Notes: a model not told the origin generated them from the letters alone. Positions 20,799-30,995 are shown, numbered from the stretch's first letter. The stretch is 64,000 bases of DNA from an uncultured Pseudomonadales bacterium (GCA_964607285.1 CAZSJW010000004.1:7063-71062); one strand, 5' to 3'. Program-made: numbers and translations.

Positions 20799-21509
20799 AT
20801 GTCTCAAATCCTTTTCCATAGCTATGGAAATGCTCAGAAAGTAATTATTATGCTGCCGGGATGGAAATATCCGCCAGAAATGGAACCAAAGTTTATCAAA
20901 CTATTGAGTGAAAAGTACCGTTTGGTTACGGTCCAGCTACCGGGTTATTGGGATAATCCAGATGCATCTACATTTCTGGATTTTTCAGAGCTTGCAGAAA
21001 TGATTTTGCACGAACTCAATACCCAAAAAATTGTGCCTTCTGCTTGGGTTGGATTTTCAATGGGGTGCAAACTTTTTATGGAAATTGAACACTGCAAACC
21101 AAACATAGTTCCGAGTATTTTTGTCGGTTGTCCGCAAGGTAAATATCAAGTGCCATCTTGGGGACGAGTCTTGCTTACAAGTAAAAGAATAGTTTTGTTG
21201 CTTCGAAAAAACCCTATGAGTAAAAAGTATATCGTGCGTATGGCACTTAAAACGTTGAAAAACCACGATTTAGATCAGGTAACAGTTACAGGTGCTTTTG
21301 ATTCTTTACTAGGACTCCTTCGCTCAACAGTACGACCCACGCCAAAAACCTTACAGTCTCTATACATCTATGGAAATCGAGACAGGTATTTGAGCATTGC
21401 GCAAGAAAAGTGTCTTCCCAACCTCGCAATTATTCCCAATGCAGACCACAATTGTGTCAGAGATCATGAGCCAGAAGTAGTCGCACTTATTGATAAAGCA
21501 CTTACGTAA
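20799..21509 (+). CDS. Alpha/beta hydrolase
   Basis: GFSMG nucleophile elbow, IYGNRD, C-terminal ADH. Confidence 0.75.
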   Translation: MSQILFHSYGNAQKVIIMLPGWKYPPEMEPKFIKLLSEKYRLVTVQLPGYWDNPDASTFLDFSELAEMILHELNTQKIVPSAWVGFSMGCKLFMEIEHCKPNIVPSIFVGCPQGKYQVPSWGRVLLTSKRIVLLLRKNPMSKKYIVRMALKTLKNHDLDQVTVTGAFDSLLGLLRSTVRPTPKTLQSLYIYGNRDRYLSIAQEKCLPNLAIIPNADHNCVRDHEPEVVALIDKALT

Positions 21510-22530
21510 CTATATATTTCTGAAACACAACTTTATATAGTGTCCGAGTAATTATATAAATCGGTACTGCGAGCAAAGCGCCAATCACTCCGCCAGTTTT
21601 TAGACCAATCAAAATCGCCACAATTGTCACCAATGGATTAACCTCGGCATGCTTACTCATGATTTTTGGCACAATGATGTTATTCTCGAGCTGCTGGATC
21701 ACGATGTACAGCAATAAAGTTATACCAGCCATGAGCGGATTAATTGCAACTAAAGCAATGAGTACGGCTGGAACAGCGGCAACAGTAGGCCCAATGTTGG
21801 GAATAATTTCCAACAAACCAGCAATGATTGCCAATGGCAGAGCATAGGGAACTCGCAGAAGGAACAACCCCACATACGTCAATAGACCAATGACAAACAT
21901 TAGGATGAGCTCGCCTCGAACCCAACCACCAAGCTGACGTTCAATTGAGTTGAAAACTTCCTTAGCCATTTGAATATGTTCGCGCTTTCTGGTGAACCAC
22001 TGCACTTTGAGGGGTAAGCGAAAACGCTCAACCATCAAGTAAAAAGACAACACAAACAAAGTGAAAATGGTGAAAATGCCACTAAAGGTAGTATTCACAA
22101 CCGTGAATAAAAATCCAACCGAGTCTCCAATACGATCAGCAAGTGCCCCTAGTTCTTGAACTGAAAAGCTAAAGTCCCGCAATTCCTGTACCAGTGGTAG
22201 TTCTGGAACATTAATATTCATGTTTTTGATGAGCTGATAGCCTTCCGAAGCGAGTGGGGGCAACAAGAAAGCAGCTAAGATCAACAAAAATGCTATCAAG
22301 GAAATATATGCAAAAAATATACTCACGCCCCGAGGCACTTTTAATCTGCGCTCAAAAAACTCAACCACTGGTGTCAGACCAACCATGATTATGAATGCTA
22401 ATAGGATAAGCACTAAGATCGAACGAATTTGAAACAAAAAATAACTGCCGGCCACCAAACCAATTGTAGCCAAAATTGATCCTGGAGAAATGGTGACGTC
22501 CTGTTTGTTGGAAGTGAAGAGTGCGAGCAT
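21502..22530 (-). CDS. AI-2E family transporter (PerM-like)
   Basis: GLLEIIPNIGP, IQQLENNIIVPKIM, GALLAVP. Confidence 0.9.
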   Translation of the reverse strand: MLALFTSNKQDVTISPGSILATIGLVAGSYFLFQIRSILVLILLAFIIMVGLTPVVEFFERRLKVPRGVSIFFAYISLIAFLLILAAFLLPPLASEGYQLIKNMNINVPELPLVQELRDFSFSVQELGALADRIGDSVGFLFTVVNTTFSGIFTIFTLFVLSFYLMVERFRLPLKVQWFTRKREHIQMAKEVFNSIERQLGGWVRGELILMFVIGLLTYVGLFLLRVPYALPLAIIAGLLEIIPNIGPTVAAVPAVLIALVAINPLMAGITLLLYIVIQQLENNIIVPKIMSKHAEVNPLVTIVAILIGLKTGGVIGALLAVPIYIITRTLYKVVFQKYIVT

Positions 22531-22598
22531 AGTTATATTGCTATACAGATACTAAATAAGTATAGCGTATTTTTGACTAATCAGGGAGAAGGAGGATG

Positions 22599-23573
22599 CT
22601 ACTGCTTCGCCAAAATTTCGAGAATTGTTCGATCATTCTCTCTATCTGTTTGCGTGACCCAAGTGATGGGCTCACGCTTCAGCCACGTCAACTGTCGCTT
22701 GCAGTACTGTTGTTCGGCCAAGGACCAAGCAGCAATCAATTCATTCTCAGTAATTTCTGCTCGCAAAAATTGCTGTATTTGTGGCACCCCCAACGTACTC
22801 CATGCAGGTAGCCGCTGATCTGAAAACATGCGAGTCAGGTTTTCTACCTCTAGAATTGCTCCAGATCGTAGACGCTTAACAACTCGATTCTGGATTCGCT
22901 CAGCGCGCTTAGTTGGATCATCTTCTAATCCAATCCAAGAAATGTTGTGCGATTGTTGTTGTCGTTTTTCCGGTGAATTACCTACCCGTGCTCGCTCAAT
23001 CGCCCGTATCAGCCGACGGGGATTTAGTTGGTCCGATTGATTAAGCGCTGAAAACCACTGTGCTGACTCTGCGCGTAAACGACTTTGTAGATCTTCAACA
23101 GAAGCTTCAGATAGTTCCTGGCGTAATGCAATATCTGGCTCGACCGGTTGCCATGCCTCATCCTGATATAGCCACCTATGATATAGACCTGTGCCACCTA
23201 CAATCAGAAATGCAGTGCGAGTACTCTCAAACTGCTTGCGAACGCTTTCAACTAGCTCCTTAAAATGTGCCAAAGACCACTGAGTATTCGGCTCAACGAT
23301 GGATTGTCCGTGTAAGCTAATTGTTTTCTGCGGAGAAACATAATAGGGATACAGAGCAACATCACCAGATTCAACATTCTGCTGCACGTAGCTTTCAGGA
23401 ATATCTGCACCAGAAATCACCTCCAAACCTTTGTAAACCTGACGAGAATCTGCTGAAATTAATACAACGTGGTCAAACCTTTGTTCGGACAATAGTTGCT
23501 CAGCAATATGCAGTGCAAACTCTGTTTTGCCTGAGCCAGTGACACCAACGATGGAGAGCGTATTCTTAAACAT
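22599..23573 (-). CDS. miaA: tRNA dimethylallyltransferase
   Basis: GVTGSGKT, ISADSRQVYKG, VGGTGLY, NPRRLIRAIE, YCKRQLTW. Confidence 0.93.
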   Translation of the reverse strand: MFKNTLSIVGVTGSGKTEFALHIAEQLLSEQRFDHVVLISADSRQVYKGLEVISGADIPESYVQQNVESGDVALYPYYVSPQKTISLHGQSIVEPNTQWSLAHFKELVESVRKQFESTRTAFLIVGGTGLYHRWLYQDEAWQPVEPDIALRQELSEASVEDLQSRLRAESAQWFSALNQSDQLNPRRLIRAIERARVGNSPEKRQQQSHNISWIGLEDDPTKRAERIQNRVVKRLRSGAILEVENLTRMFSDQRLPAWSTLGVPQIQQFLRAEITENELIAAWSLAEQQYCKRQLTWLKREPITWVTQTDRENDRTILEILAKQ

Positions 23574-23628
23574 GTGTGAAGATCAATTCAGATAACACAT
23601 CGCTTTATTAGCAATAAAAAATTGTGTG

Positions 23629-24348
23629 CTATAAAAGCTGCCGTTGGCTACTGTTACTATTGTGTAACGAAGAATTACTGTGTACACCCCAAGCGGCCAA
23701 GCGTTTTCCAATAGAACTTCCTCTGCTGGGTTGTTGCGCATATTCCTTAGTCACAAATTCGAATACTTCTCGTGCGCGAATTTCGGAAACTTCCAGCATA
23801 TCCATCCTTCGTCTCCGCTCATTGAGCGAAGGTGTCAGGAGTGGCACCAAGCCTGCCAACATATTTAGCGGAGTAGATAGTGAAACATGATTTCTCGGAT
23901 TGCGCCTTTCGGCTTTGTGCAAAATTTCTTTGAAGAATGTAATGAGCATTTGCAGTCGCTTAGCACTGACTTGTTCCTCCCTCTTAAGATGTGAGGCACG
24001 CGCAATCTGTTCAACTCGTTTTTTTTCAGAAATGGTTTCTTTATCGGAATAGCCACCCAATCTCACTTCTTTTGCACTCAAAAACAGTGCCCTTTGTAAA
24101 GCATCAAAATACTGACCAACCAGCTCTCTGGTCGGAAAAGGTCCGACGGTAAGTCCGCCCGGTCCGTAGAGATTTGGTTCAGCATTCATAAGTGCTTTAA
24201 CATGATCCTCAACACCGAACAGCTCTCTGTGTAATCTTAAAAAATTTTCTAGTTCAGCTCTATTTTTCTCAGGAAGAATACTCGCTTCTTCAGGCACAAC
24301 AACCGTATCAGAATATAAGCGCGCTGCAGAATCAATGTTTGAACCCAT
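23629..24348 (-). CDS. Hypothetical protein between miaB and miaA
   Basis: 239-aa ORF, no recognisable motif. Confidence 0.6.
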   Translation of the reverse strand: MGSNIDSAARLYSDTVVVPEEASILPEKNRAELENFLRLHRELFGVEDHVKALMNAEPNLYGPGGLTVGPFPTRELVGQYFDALQRALFLSAKEVRLGGYSDKETISEKKRVEQIARASHLKREEQVSAKRLQMLITFFKEILHKAERRNPRNHVSLSTPLNMLAGLVPLLTPSLNERRRRMDMLEVSEIRAREVFEFVTKEYAQQPSRGSSIGKRLAAWGVHSNSSLHNSNSSQRQLL

Positions 24349-24357
24349 ATCAGTATA

Positions 24358-25518
24358 TTACACCACCACCGGCCGCTCATGCAGCGTGTCTTTATTAATA
24401 ATCTTGTCCAACACTTCCCAACGTTTCTTCTTGATAACATGTGGAATATCGTCAGGGTAAATCCGCCAACTAGCAGTCCCAGGTCGGGGAGAGTACATAG
24501 CTACAAATCCAACTTTCCAGTTCATTTGCTCCGCTAATTCAACTGTTTCCAAAAAGTCATCATGCGTTTCTCCAGGGAAGCCCACAATAATATCAGTACC
24601 GATCACAATCTCTGGATCAGCCGCTCGCAACTTTTCTACAACTTCAACATATCGCTCACGAGTATACCCTCGGTTCATACGATACAACACATTGTTGCTA
24701 CCAGACTGAATGGGAAGATGCACATAGCGATCAATTTTTTTATTGATGCCAATTTCAGCAATCAGTTCATCATGAAAGTCCCATGGATTACTCGTCAAAA
24801 ACCTAATTTTCTCGATTTGTTCAAACGCAGAAATTGCCTGCAGCAACTTCACAAACGGTGGTGTCTCTTTTGGCTTGAGGTACTGCGTTTGGTTATCAGG
24901 CAAGTCTTCACGAGTAAACTTTTTGTTCTCCATCATGAGCTTGCGAAACCCAATGCCAAGTTTTTCTAAACCCCAGGAATTTACGTTCATTCCCAATAAC
25001 GTCACTTCGGTAAAACCTTCTGAAACCAACTTCTCAACTTCTGTAATGATCGACTCCAACGAGCGAGACTGCTCCCGACCCCGAGAGTAAGGAACGATAC
25101 AGTAGGTGCAGTACGAATTGCAGCCAGTGGAAATTGGAATCCAGGCGTGCTTGCGATCTCTTCGAACAGCAGCGGTGTTAAAACCCACTTCATTGATCGG
25201 CAAAATCTCATCCACAATTGGCAACATTTCCAGCAGTTTTTCATTCCCGTGATGCGTCATACAACCCGTGAGAATTACTTTTGGCCGCTGCTTGCCTATA
25301 GTGTTGAAGTGCACAGCGACATTGTGCAGAAATCCTTTTGCGCGATCTTCAGCTCGCTGTCGAATAGCACAGGTGTTGACGATTAGCTCATCACAGCTTC
25401 GCCAGTCCTCAGCTTCTGTATATCCACGTGCCGTATAGTCACCAGCAATGCGTTCGGAGTCGCTCTTGTTGGACTGGCAGCCAAAGGTATGAATGAAGTA
25501 AGTTTTTGGAGTTGGCAC
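24358..25518 (-). CDS. miaB: MiaB-like radical SAM tRNA methylthiotransferase (no TRAM domain)
   Basis: TFGCQSN, NTC, GCNSYCTYCIVPYSRG, HLPIQSG, DIIVGFPGET, YSPRPGT; near miaA. Confidence 0.85.
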   Translation of the reverse strand: MPTPKTYFIHTFGCQSNKSDSERIAGDYTARGYTEAEDWRSCDELIVNTCAIRQRAEDRAKGFLHNVAVHFNTIGKQRPKVILTGCMTHHGNEKLLEMLPIVDEILPINEVGFNTAAVRRDRKHAWIPISTGCNSYCTYCIVPYSRGREQSRSLESIITEVEKLVSEGFTEVTLLGMNVNSWGLEKLGIGFRKLMMENKKFTREDLPDNQTQYLKPKETPPFVKLLQAISAFEQIEKIRFLTSNPWDFHDELIAEIGINKKIDRYVHLPIQSGSNNVLYRMNRGYTRERYVEVVEKLRAADPEIVIGTDIIVGFPGETHDDFLETVELAEQMNWKVGFVAMYSPRPGTASWRIYPDDIPHVIKKKRWEVLDKIINKDTLHERPVVV

Positions 25519-25525
25519 AGGGGTA

Positions 25526-26227
25526 TTATACCTGAGGAAGTTGCGGGGTGGGGGATGGAAGCGGTTGGAGCTGCTGGTTTTGCTTCTGGCGTCGCCAATG
25601 TACTAACCATGACACTAACTCAGCTCCTAACAATCCAGCTGTCAGTATTTTCATACTTAGTTCCCCACCTAAAAGCACTATATGTCCGAAAATAAATAAC
25701 AGTGCAATATAAGTCAATTTGTGCACCAGGCTCCACCAGGATCCAAGTTTTCGCACCGCTAGATCGTTGGATGTTATAAAGAGTGGGAATAGCACAAACT
25801 CGGCGATCGTACCAAAAATTTCTCTAGTTGAAAGTTTGATTGGCAATGCACCCGTCAGCGCTAGATTTGGGAACAGCAAGCTATACCCAGAGTGATTGAC
25901 TGCAAACAAAAACATAAAAATGCCAAACTGCCTGCGAAACAGCATGAGTGTAACTTGTGTGATAGGAAATATTTGCAAGCGTTTTAGGATTCCTGGCAGG
26001 AGTGTTAGAGCGTAAAAGAGCAAAGATATAGTGCCAAACTTGTTTCCCAACTCTAGCAGCACAGCGAAATTTTTGGGGAATGCCAAAAATGCTGGCAAAC
26101 CGACCAAATATACTAATCCCAAGAGTAAAAAACTGGCGAAAGAAAACTTCAAAATAAGTGGTTTTTTTTGAATCAAAAGAATCTGAATTGGTCGAAGAAA
26201 TGTGTCAGAAAACATGTTTGACCTCAC
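25526..26227 (-). CDS. Ferric-reductase-like transmembrane protein (MsrQ/YedZ-like)
   Basis: FRRQFGI..F....H, ITSN...RKLGSWWSLVHKLTY, further His (heme-ligand pattern). Confidence 0.8.
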   Translation of the reverse strand: MRSNMFSDTFLRPIQILLIQKKPLILKFSFASFLLLGLVYLVGLPAFLAFPKNFAVLLELGNKFGTISLLFYALTLLPGILKRLQIFPITQVTLMLFRRQFGIFMFLFAVNHSGYSLLFPNLALTGALPIKLSTREIFGTIAEFVLFPLFITSNDLAVRKLGSWWSLVHKLTYIALLFIFGHIVLLGGELSMKILTAGLLGAELVSWLVHWRRQKQNQQLQPLPSPTPQLPQV

Positions 26228-26259
26228 CGCATACTAGTTCAATAGTAACAAAAAACCTG

Positions 26260-26333
26260 AGGCGCGAGCGGGATTCGAACCCGCGAATCGAAGGTTTTGC
26301 AGACCTCGCCATTGACCACTCTGGTATCGCGCC
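26260..26333 (-). tRNA. tRNA-Cys (GCA)
   Basis: GGCGCGA/TCGCGCC acceptor stem, anticodon arm GAGGT-CTGCAAA-ACCTT, GGTTCGAATCC, U discriminator. Confidence 0.95.
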
Positions 26334-26377
26334 AGTGCCTGCTGATTATAATACAGTATTCAAGAAGTTAGGAGATT

Positions 26378-26539
26378 AACTTGTTAGTTTATATGCTGGT
26401 TTGCTACCCACAGTGCATAGTGGTGTATGGCTTAGCATAACCAGGGATTCTCGTACCTGGTTTACGACTTTCTGCTTGCCTTTTGGCCTTCTTGTACGAT
26501 CTTCATGCTAGAATAATCGAGCACAAACTTGAGTAAGTT
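26378..26539 (-). ncRNA. Candidate 6S-like rod-shaped RNA
   Basis: TGCTATAAT promoter just upstream, no sensible ORF; 5' and 3' halves pair into a long stem with a central bubble and apical hairpin AACCAGG/CCTGGTT. Confidence 0.5.
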
Positions 26540-26604
26540 TTAGGGATTATAGCATACATACTCAGCTACAAAAAAAGTGTACTGACCCATTGCAGTAACA
26601 AAAT

Positions 26605-26994
26605 TTACGATTTTTTCTTCAAAATATGTGGTGCAACCACATATGCAATAAGTAGAGCGGCAACATACTCCACAAAACTTATGTACTGCGCGATAGGCTG
26701 TATTGCTTCGAATATGCCTGCAACACGAGCTTTGAGCAATGCTTCTACCAAAATATCTTCGAGTAATTCAATACCCACATACACTGCCAGCGAAATACAA
26801 AAAGTAACAGCGACAGTCACGATCAACTCTTCACTACTTGAATGGTTTTCAGGTTCTGAATTCTCAGCCTTTTCCTCAGCTGTAGATGAGTTTCTTAGTC
26901 TCCATCTAGGAAATTTTAGGCGTCTTGTAATTCTTCTATCACGTTCACGATCAAAAGGCATAACTGCGGTTAGTATACAACACTGTTCACTCAT
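26605..26994 (-). CDS. Hypothetical membrane protein (2 TM)
   Basis: Charged N-terminus then two hydrophobic segments; start may be the internal MPFDRE. Confidence 0.55.
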   Translation of the reverse strand: MSEQCCILTAVMPFDRERDRRITRRLKFPRWRLRNSSTAEEKAENSEPENHSSSEELIVTVAVTFCISLAVYVGIELLEDILVEALLKARVAGIFEAIQPIAQYISFVEYVAALLIAYVVAPHILKKKS

Positions 26995-27108
26995 TTTTTA
27001 AGGTTATATGCTCAGTAATAGATATCACAGTACTATGCAGAGTTGCACAGGCAGATGGATTATAACCTGAGAATCAGTAGTACAAATACTGTTTAGAGGA
27101 CAACTCAA

Positions 27109-27374
27109 TCATGATAATCTGTTTCTATATATCAAGGCAGCAGAAAGTGCAGTAACAGTTAGTCCTGAAAGAACTAGTGCGCAACCACCGATTAAAAAGT
27201 AAAACTGAGGATCAGCACAAGTGACTCTATCTAATACGTCCAAAGTATCACATATTGCACGAGCAGTTGGCTGACCACAGAAAGCGTTTGTCAAAATAAG
27301 TATGCATGGAAAAGCTAACACTTAGAAACAGGAAATTTTTTTTCACCTCTTTGCTGTTCAACCTTTGTCGGCAA
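27109..27374 (-). CDS. Small hypothetical membrane protein, possibly frameshifted near 27322
   Basis: TM-containing ORF 27109-27321; upstream TTG 27374 (MPTKVEQQRGEKKFPVSK) joins it with one extra A. Confidence 0.4.
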
Positions 27375-27390
27375 ATAGCACGAGATTATA

Positions 27391-28209
27391 TCAAAGTGCC
27401 CTAATGACGAACTTTGTCCCACCGGCAGGATAATCAAATCGCACAGCCGCAGTTTTCTCCCGCAGTTGGTGCACCCGCAAAAACAGCTCGACAAACGGAT
27501 CTTCGTATCCAGATGACCCAGCATTCACTGCTAGCACTCCACGCTCAACTGTGAATCCACCGGTAGCAATCACCCCAAGCATACTGACACCATTCAAAAT
27601 CACTTGCACGGACTGCCCCTGTTTGAGTCCCATCTTGTCCAAGTCAGATTTGCGCATAGTGGTCTTGATGTTGCCGAATCCATCTGTCCATGCAATTTCA
27701 TCATGTGGGATCTCAGGAATATCGTTTACATCAAGTTCGGCAGTCAAAATACTGCGGTCGCCATTTATTAAGCGAGCAACACTTTCAGGAAAGAAGTCTC
27801 GAGATCTAAACTGAGAACCTTCGTTCGGACAATCAATATCACGAAACTCAACAATATCTTTTTTGACGAATCCAAACGCATATTCTGACCACACATTTAC
27901 AATTTCTACCCCATTGGAGAGGCGAGCATACTTAATTCCATGATCTATGTTGTTTTTCTGGGCAGCAGCACTGTCTCGGCGAGGAGCAGCATTGCCATAA
28001 ATAAACATTTTGCCTTCGCAGGGAGCATAGGAATATTGTGCTGTGACAAAACCAATCGCCATGGTGTCGAGCCCAGGGACAGAAGTAGGGTGAATTCGCA
28101 CCCCATGTGGATTTTGCAGATGAAACTGGAGTCTATTGGTGATCTCACCAAACTCCATGCCACCAGCTACATAATCGCAAATAACATGTAAAAGGGTAGA
28201 TTGTTGCAT
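27391..28209 (-). CDS. SAM hydroxide adenosyltransferase / chlorinase-fluorinase (DUF62) superfamily protein
   Basis: N-terminal ICDY, SQFRSRDFF (cf. FHGRDIF), TDGFGNIKT (DxFGN), GSSG...VELF. Confidence 0.75.
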   Translation of the reverse strand: MQQSTLLHVICDYVAGGMEFGEITNRLQFHLQNPHGVRIHPTSVPGLDTMAIGFVTAQYSYAPCEGKMFIYGNAAPRRDSAAAQKNNIDHGIKYARLSNGVEIVNVWSEYAFGFVKKDIVEFRDIDCPNEGSQFRSRDFFPESVARLINGDRSILTAELDVNDIPEIPHDEIAWTDGFGNIKTTMRKSDLDKMGLKQGQSVQVILNGVSMLGVIATGGFTVERGVLAVNAGSSGYEDPFVELFLRVHQLREKTAAVRFDYPAGGTKFVIRAL

Positions 28210-28301
28210 ACTGTTTGATTGGTATTGGTGATTCTACATGAACCACAACAGACAATTATACCACTCCACTCCACATATTTTTGAGGTATAATCGAGACCT
28301 T

Positions 28302-29216
28302 ATGCCAACTACTAAACCAAAATCCAAAGAGTCTAATGAAAAGCCACTTATCATTGATAACACAGTTATCGAGCTAACCGTGGATGCCAAAACCGCTTCC
28401 CATGCCTACGATGAAGCTGTGGAGCACATGGCTAAAAACATCAAAACTGCAGGTTTCCGCAAAGGAAAAGTCCCAACAAAAGCAGCAGAAGCTATGCTCA
28501 AGCAAGAAGATATCATTCAGCATGCCCTCGAACACGTTGTTCCTACTATCTATAAAACAGCAATTGAAAAAGCCAAAAAAGAACCTTTGACACAACCAGA
28601 GTTCAAAGTCATTTCAGCCATAAAAGGCCAAGAATGGAAACTGGAAGCATACATTGCTGAAGCCCCAAGTATTGACCTAAAAAATCACAAAAAAATTGTT
28701 GCTGAAGCAAAGAAACTAGCAGACAAACAACTTGCCGAACAAGAGAAGAAAGCTAAAGCTGACAAAAATACAGAATACAAAGCACCATCAAAAGAACAAA
28801 AGGAGGGAGTAGTTGTCCAAAAGATCTATCAGCAGCTACTTTCGGACATCAAACCACAAATTGCTGAGTTATTGGTAAAAGAAGAAATTCGCGCTGATTT
28901 CGGAAACTTACGCCGACAACTGGACCAGATGAAAATTCCATTGGAGAAGTTTCTTGAATTGAGAAAAATAACTATTGATGATCTCACAAATCAACTAGCT
29001 GCAGAAGCACTTGGCAGATTACAACTGTCTTTCTTAATTGCAGCTATCGCTCGTGAAGCAAAAGTAACTGTGGAGCAAACTGATCTCGAAAAAGCAATGG
29101 CAAAAGTCACTGATGCGGAACTTAAAAAGCAACAGACAGCGGATCCAATGTACCGCCAACTACTAGCGCAAACAATTTTACGAAGAAAAGTTGCTGAGTA
29201 CCTCTTAGGATTGTAG
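28302..29216 (+). CDS. tig: Trigger factor (lacks the PPIase domain)
   Basis: GFRKGKVP ribosome-binding signature followed directly by a helical C-domain; TATAAT upstream of ATG 28302. Confidence 0.88.
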   Translation: MPTTKPKSKESNEKPLIIDNTVIELTVDAKTASHAYDEAVEHMAKNIKTAGFRKGKVPTKAAEAMLKQEDIIQHALEHVVPTIYKTAIEKAKKEPLTQPEFKVISAIKGQEWKLEAYIAEAPSIDLKNHKKIVAEAKKLADKQLAEQEKKAKADKNTEYKAPSKEQKEGVVVQKIYQQLLSDIKPQIAELLVKEEIRADFGNLRRQLDQMKIPLEKFLELRKITIDDLTNQLAAEALGRLQLSFLIAAIAREAKVTVEQTDLEKAMAKVTDAELKKQQTADPMYRQLLAQTILRRKVAEYLLGL

Positions 29217-29241
29217 GCCAGCACTCTAGCTATAATTCAGG

Positions 29242-30834
29242 TCATTCCCACCGTCTCCCCACCATATCTCGGATCATCTGACTGGTTGCAGATAGTGTAG
29301 TTTTGTCAAAGATATCATGAAGTAGATATCGCAACTCAGTGTCATTTAGTATTTCCATAAGTCTGAGACTCCGCAACAAGTTAAGGTATTGATATTCGCT
29401 GGCTTCGTTTCTTTCTTCAAATATCAATTTAAGCCTGAGCGACATCAGAGTGGGATATCGTTCTGCGAGTGTTTTATTAATGGCGTATACGCTGTTGATT
29501 GTGGAACGAACTTTTATACCTAAACTGTCATCTTTAACACTAACTAGAACAGCCTCGAGAAGTCTCACAAACTGCCGCTGCGTGAGCCGTTCTGACACAT
29601 ACATCCTAACCAATTCTGCATGATAGTCCTTAAAACTTTGGAGAGGATTTTCTGACAAACTAAGTAGATTTCTCAATCTATAAGCAATCGCACTGTGATT
29701 CAATCGAAAACCAAGCTCGAGTGCCACTTCAATTATTTGTTTTACTTCCACAGTCAGTGCGTATACCTCGGGCTGGTACTGAAGTACGAGGTGAAGCATT
29801 TCCGTGGCGATTGGTACAGTCAAAGTCTGATTTGTCAAATGAGTAGTTATACCCACAATATATTTTTGCGCTCCTGCAACCTCCATACCCACATAGGGAC
29901 CAATATAGAGGAGTAGTCTTGCCGCTGGCGATACCCGTGAAATTCGATGCGCATTCATGAACTGTAATGCTATGTACAGCCTTCCCGCAGCTCTGGACTC
30001 CGAAACGTCTGCCGTGTATAAACTAGGCCTCACCAGTTCAAGTGCACCAGCTGTATCTAACCGACCTGAGAGAACTCCAGTAATTATGCTGTTGACAGGC
30101 CACTGCCACTCTGTGCGTTCGTGAGGAACAACGGTAGGCGGCATACCCGACTGAGTTTGATCGGCAAATCTTACCGCAGTGGTTGAAGTCGGATCATCTG
30201 CAAGATCAGCATGTGTTAGTACCAAATGATTAGGTGTGGTAGGAGCAACTGTGGGTTGCGGAACAGGAACTGAGAGCAGGTGCAGCAAACTATCAATATC
30301 TGGTGAGATTGCTAAGTAATTGATCACGCGCACGGCATCCTGAGCAACGTCATACCTGAGTAAATCTAGCAGTGTTCTTGAGTGGTCCGAAAGCCTAAAT
30401 GAAGCCGAGTCTAACTCGAACAGTAAATCTTTCTCAAACAAGTTGAAGAGTAGTATCCCTATGGTCACAGAGTCAGGAGCCTCATTTGTACTGCATTCCC
30501 GCACCAACTCTTGCCATTCAGACTCAGCAATGCCAAGTTGCTGTCCTGATTCACGCAGTAGCCTAGTTCTCGCGGGTTCACCCATAGCCAACACAATGTG
30601 TTTCCAAGCATTTTCATCAGTGTGATCAAAAAGCGATTCTCCTATAACTATCTCGTCCTGAAGAGCTAAGGGTGCTGTGGGTCGTACACTAGAGGGTCGT
30701 AGTCTGCGAATAATCTGGCCAAGCTCATGCACAAATCTGCTTGATACACTTGACACATGATCTCCTAGAGACAAATCACGTCCATATCTAATTCTCAGCT
30801 GATCAGGGATTGAAATCTCGGCAATATTGACCAT
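29242..30834 (-). CDS. Hypothetical protein (helical, 530 aa)
   Basis: Long ORF, TATAAT upstream; no motif recognised. Confidence 0.7.
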   Translation of the reverse strand: MVNIAEISIPDQLRIRYGRDLSLGDHVSSVSSRFVHELGQIIRRLRPSSVRPTAPLALQDEIVIGESLFDHTDENAWKHIVLAMGEPARTRLLRESGQQLGIAESEWQELVRECSTNEAPDSVTIGILLFNLFEKDLLFELDSASFRLSDHSRTLLDLLRYDVAQDAVRVINYLAISPDIDSLLHLLSVPVPQPTVAPTTPNHLVLTHADLADDPTSTTAVRFADQTQSGMPPTVVPHERTEWQWPVNSIITGVLSGRLDTAGALELVRPSLYTADVSESRAAGRLYIALQFMNAHRISRVSPAARLLLYIGPYVGMEVAGAQKYIVGITTHLTNQTLTVPIATEMLHLVLQYQPEVYALTVEVKQIIEVALELGFRLNHSAIAYRLRNLLSLSENPLQSFKDYHAELVRMYVSERLTQRQFVRLLEAVLVSVKDDSLGIKVRSTINSVYAINKTLAERYPTLMSLRLKLIFEERNEASEYQYLNLLRSLRLMEILNDTELRYLLHDIFDKTTLSATSQMIRDMVGRRWE

Positions 30835-30888
30835 TTATGCAGAGTATTATACGGTACAGACCCACCGTACAGCTACCTCAAAAAGTAC

Positions 30889-30916
30889 TTGACTTCCTCA
30901 TAAAACAGCCTATAAT
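30889..30916 (+). promoter_or_regulatory. Sigma70-type promoter
   Basis: TTGACT-16 nt-TATAAT upstream of the ORF at 30996. Confidence 0.65.
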
Positions 30917-30995
30917 TATTAGGTTAGGTTAGTACCTTCTTACTTGACAGTGCTATACTACATTTCAAATATGAAGGTACCTAGTAATTACAGAT

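Noticed and set aside
26376-26510. Small ribosomal-protein-like ORF (e.g. L33) on the minus strand
   Set aside because: The basic-looking frames lack start codons and family motifs; an RNA structure fits better.
28302-29216. Trigger factor without PPIase domain as a novelty
   Set aside because: This reduction is, to my knowledge, common in CPR genomes.
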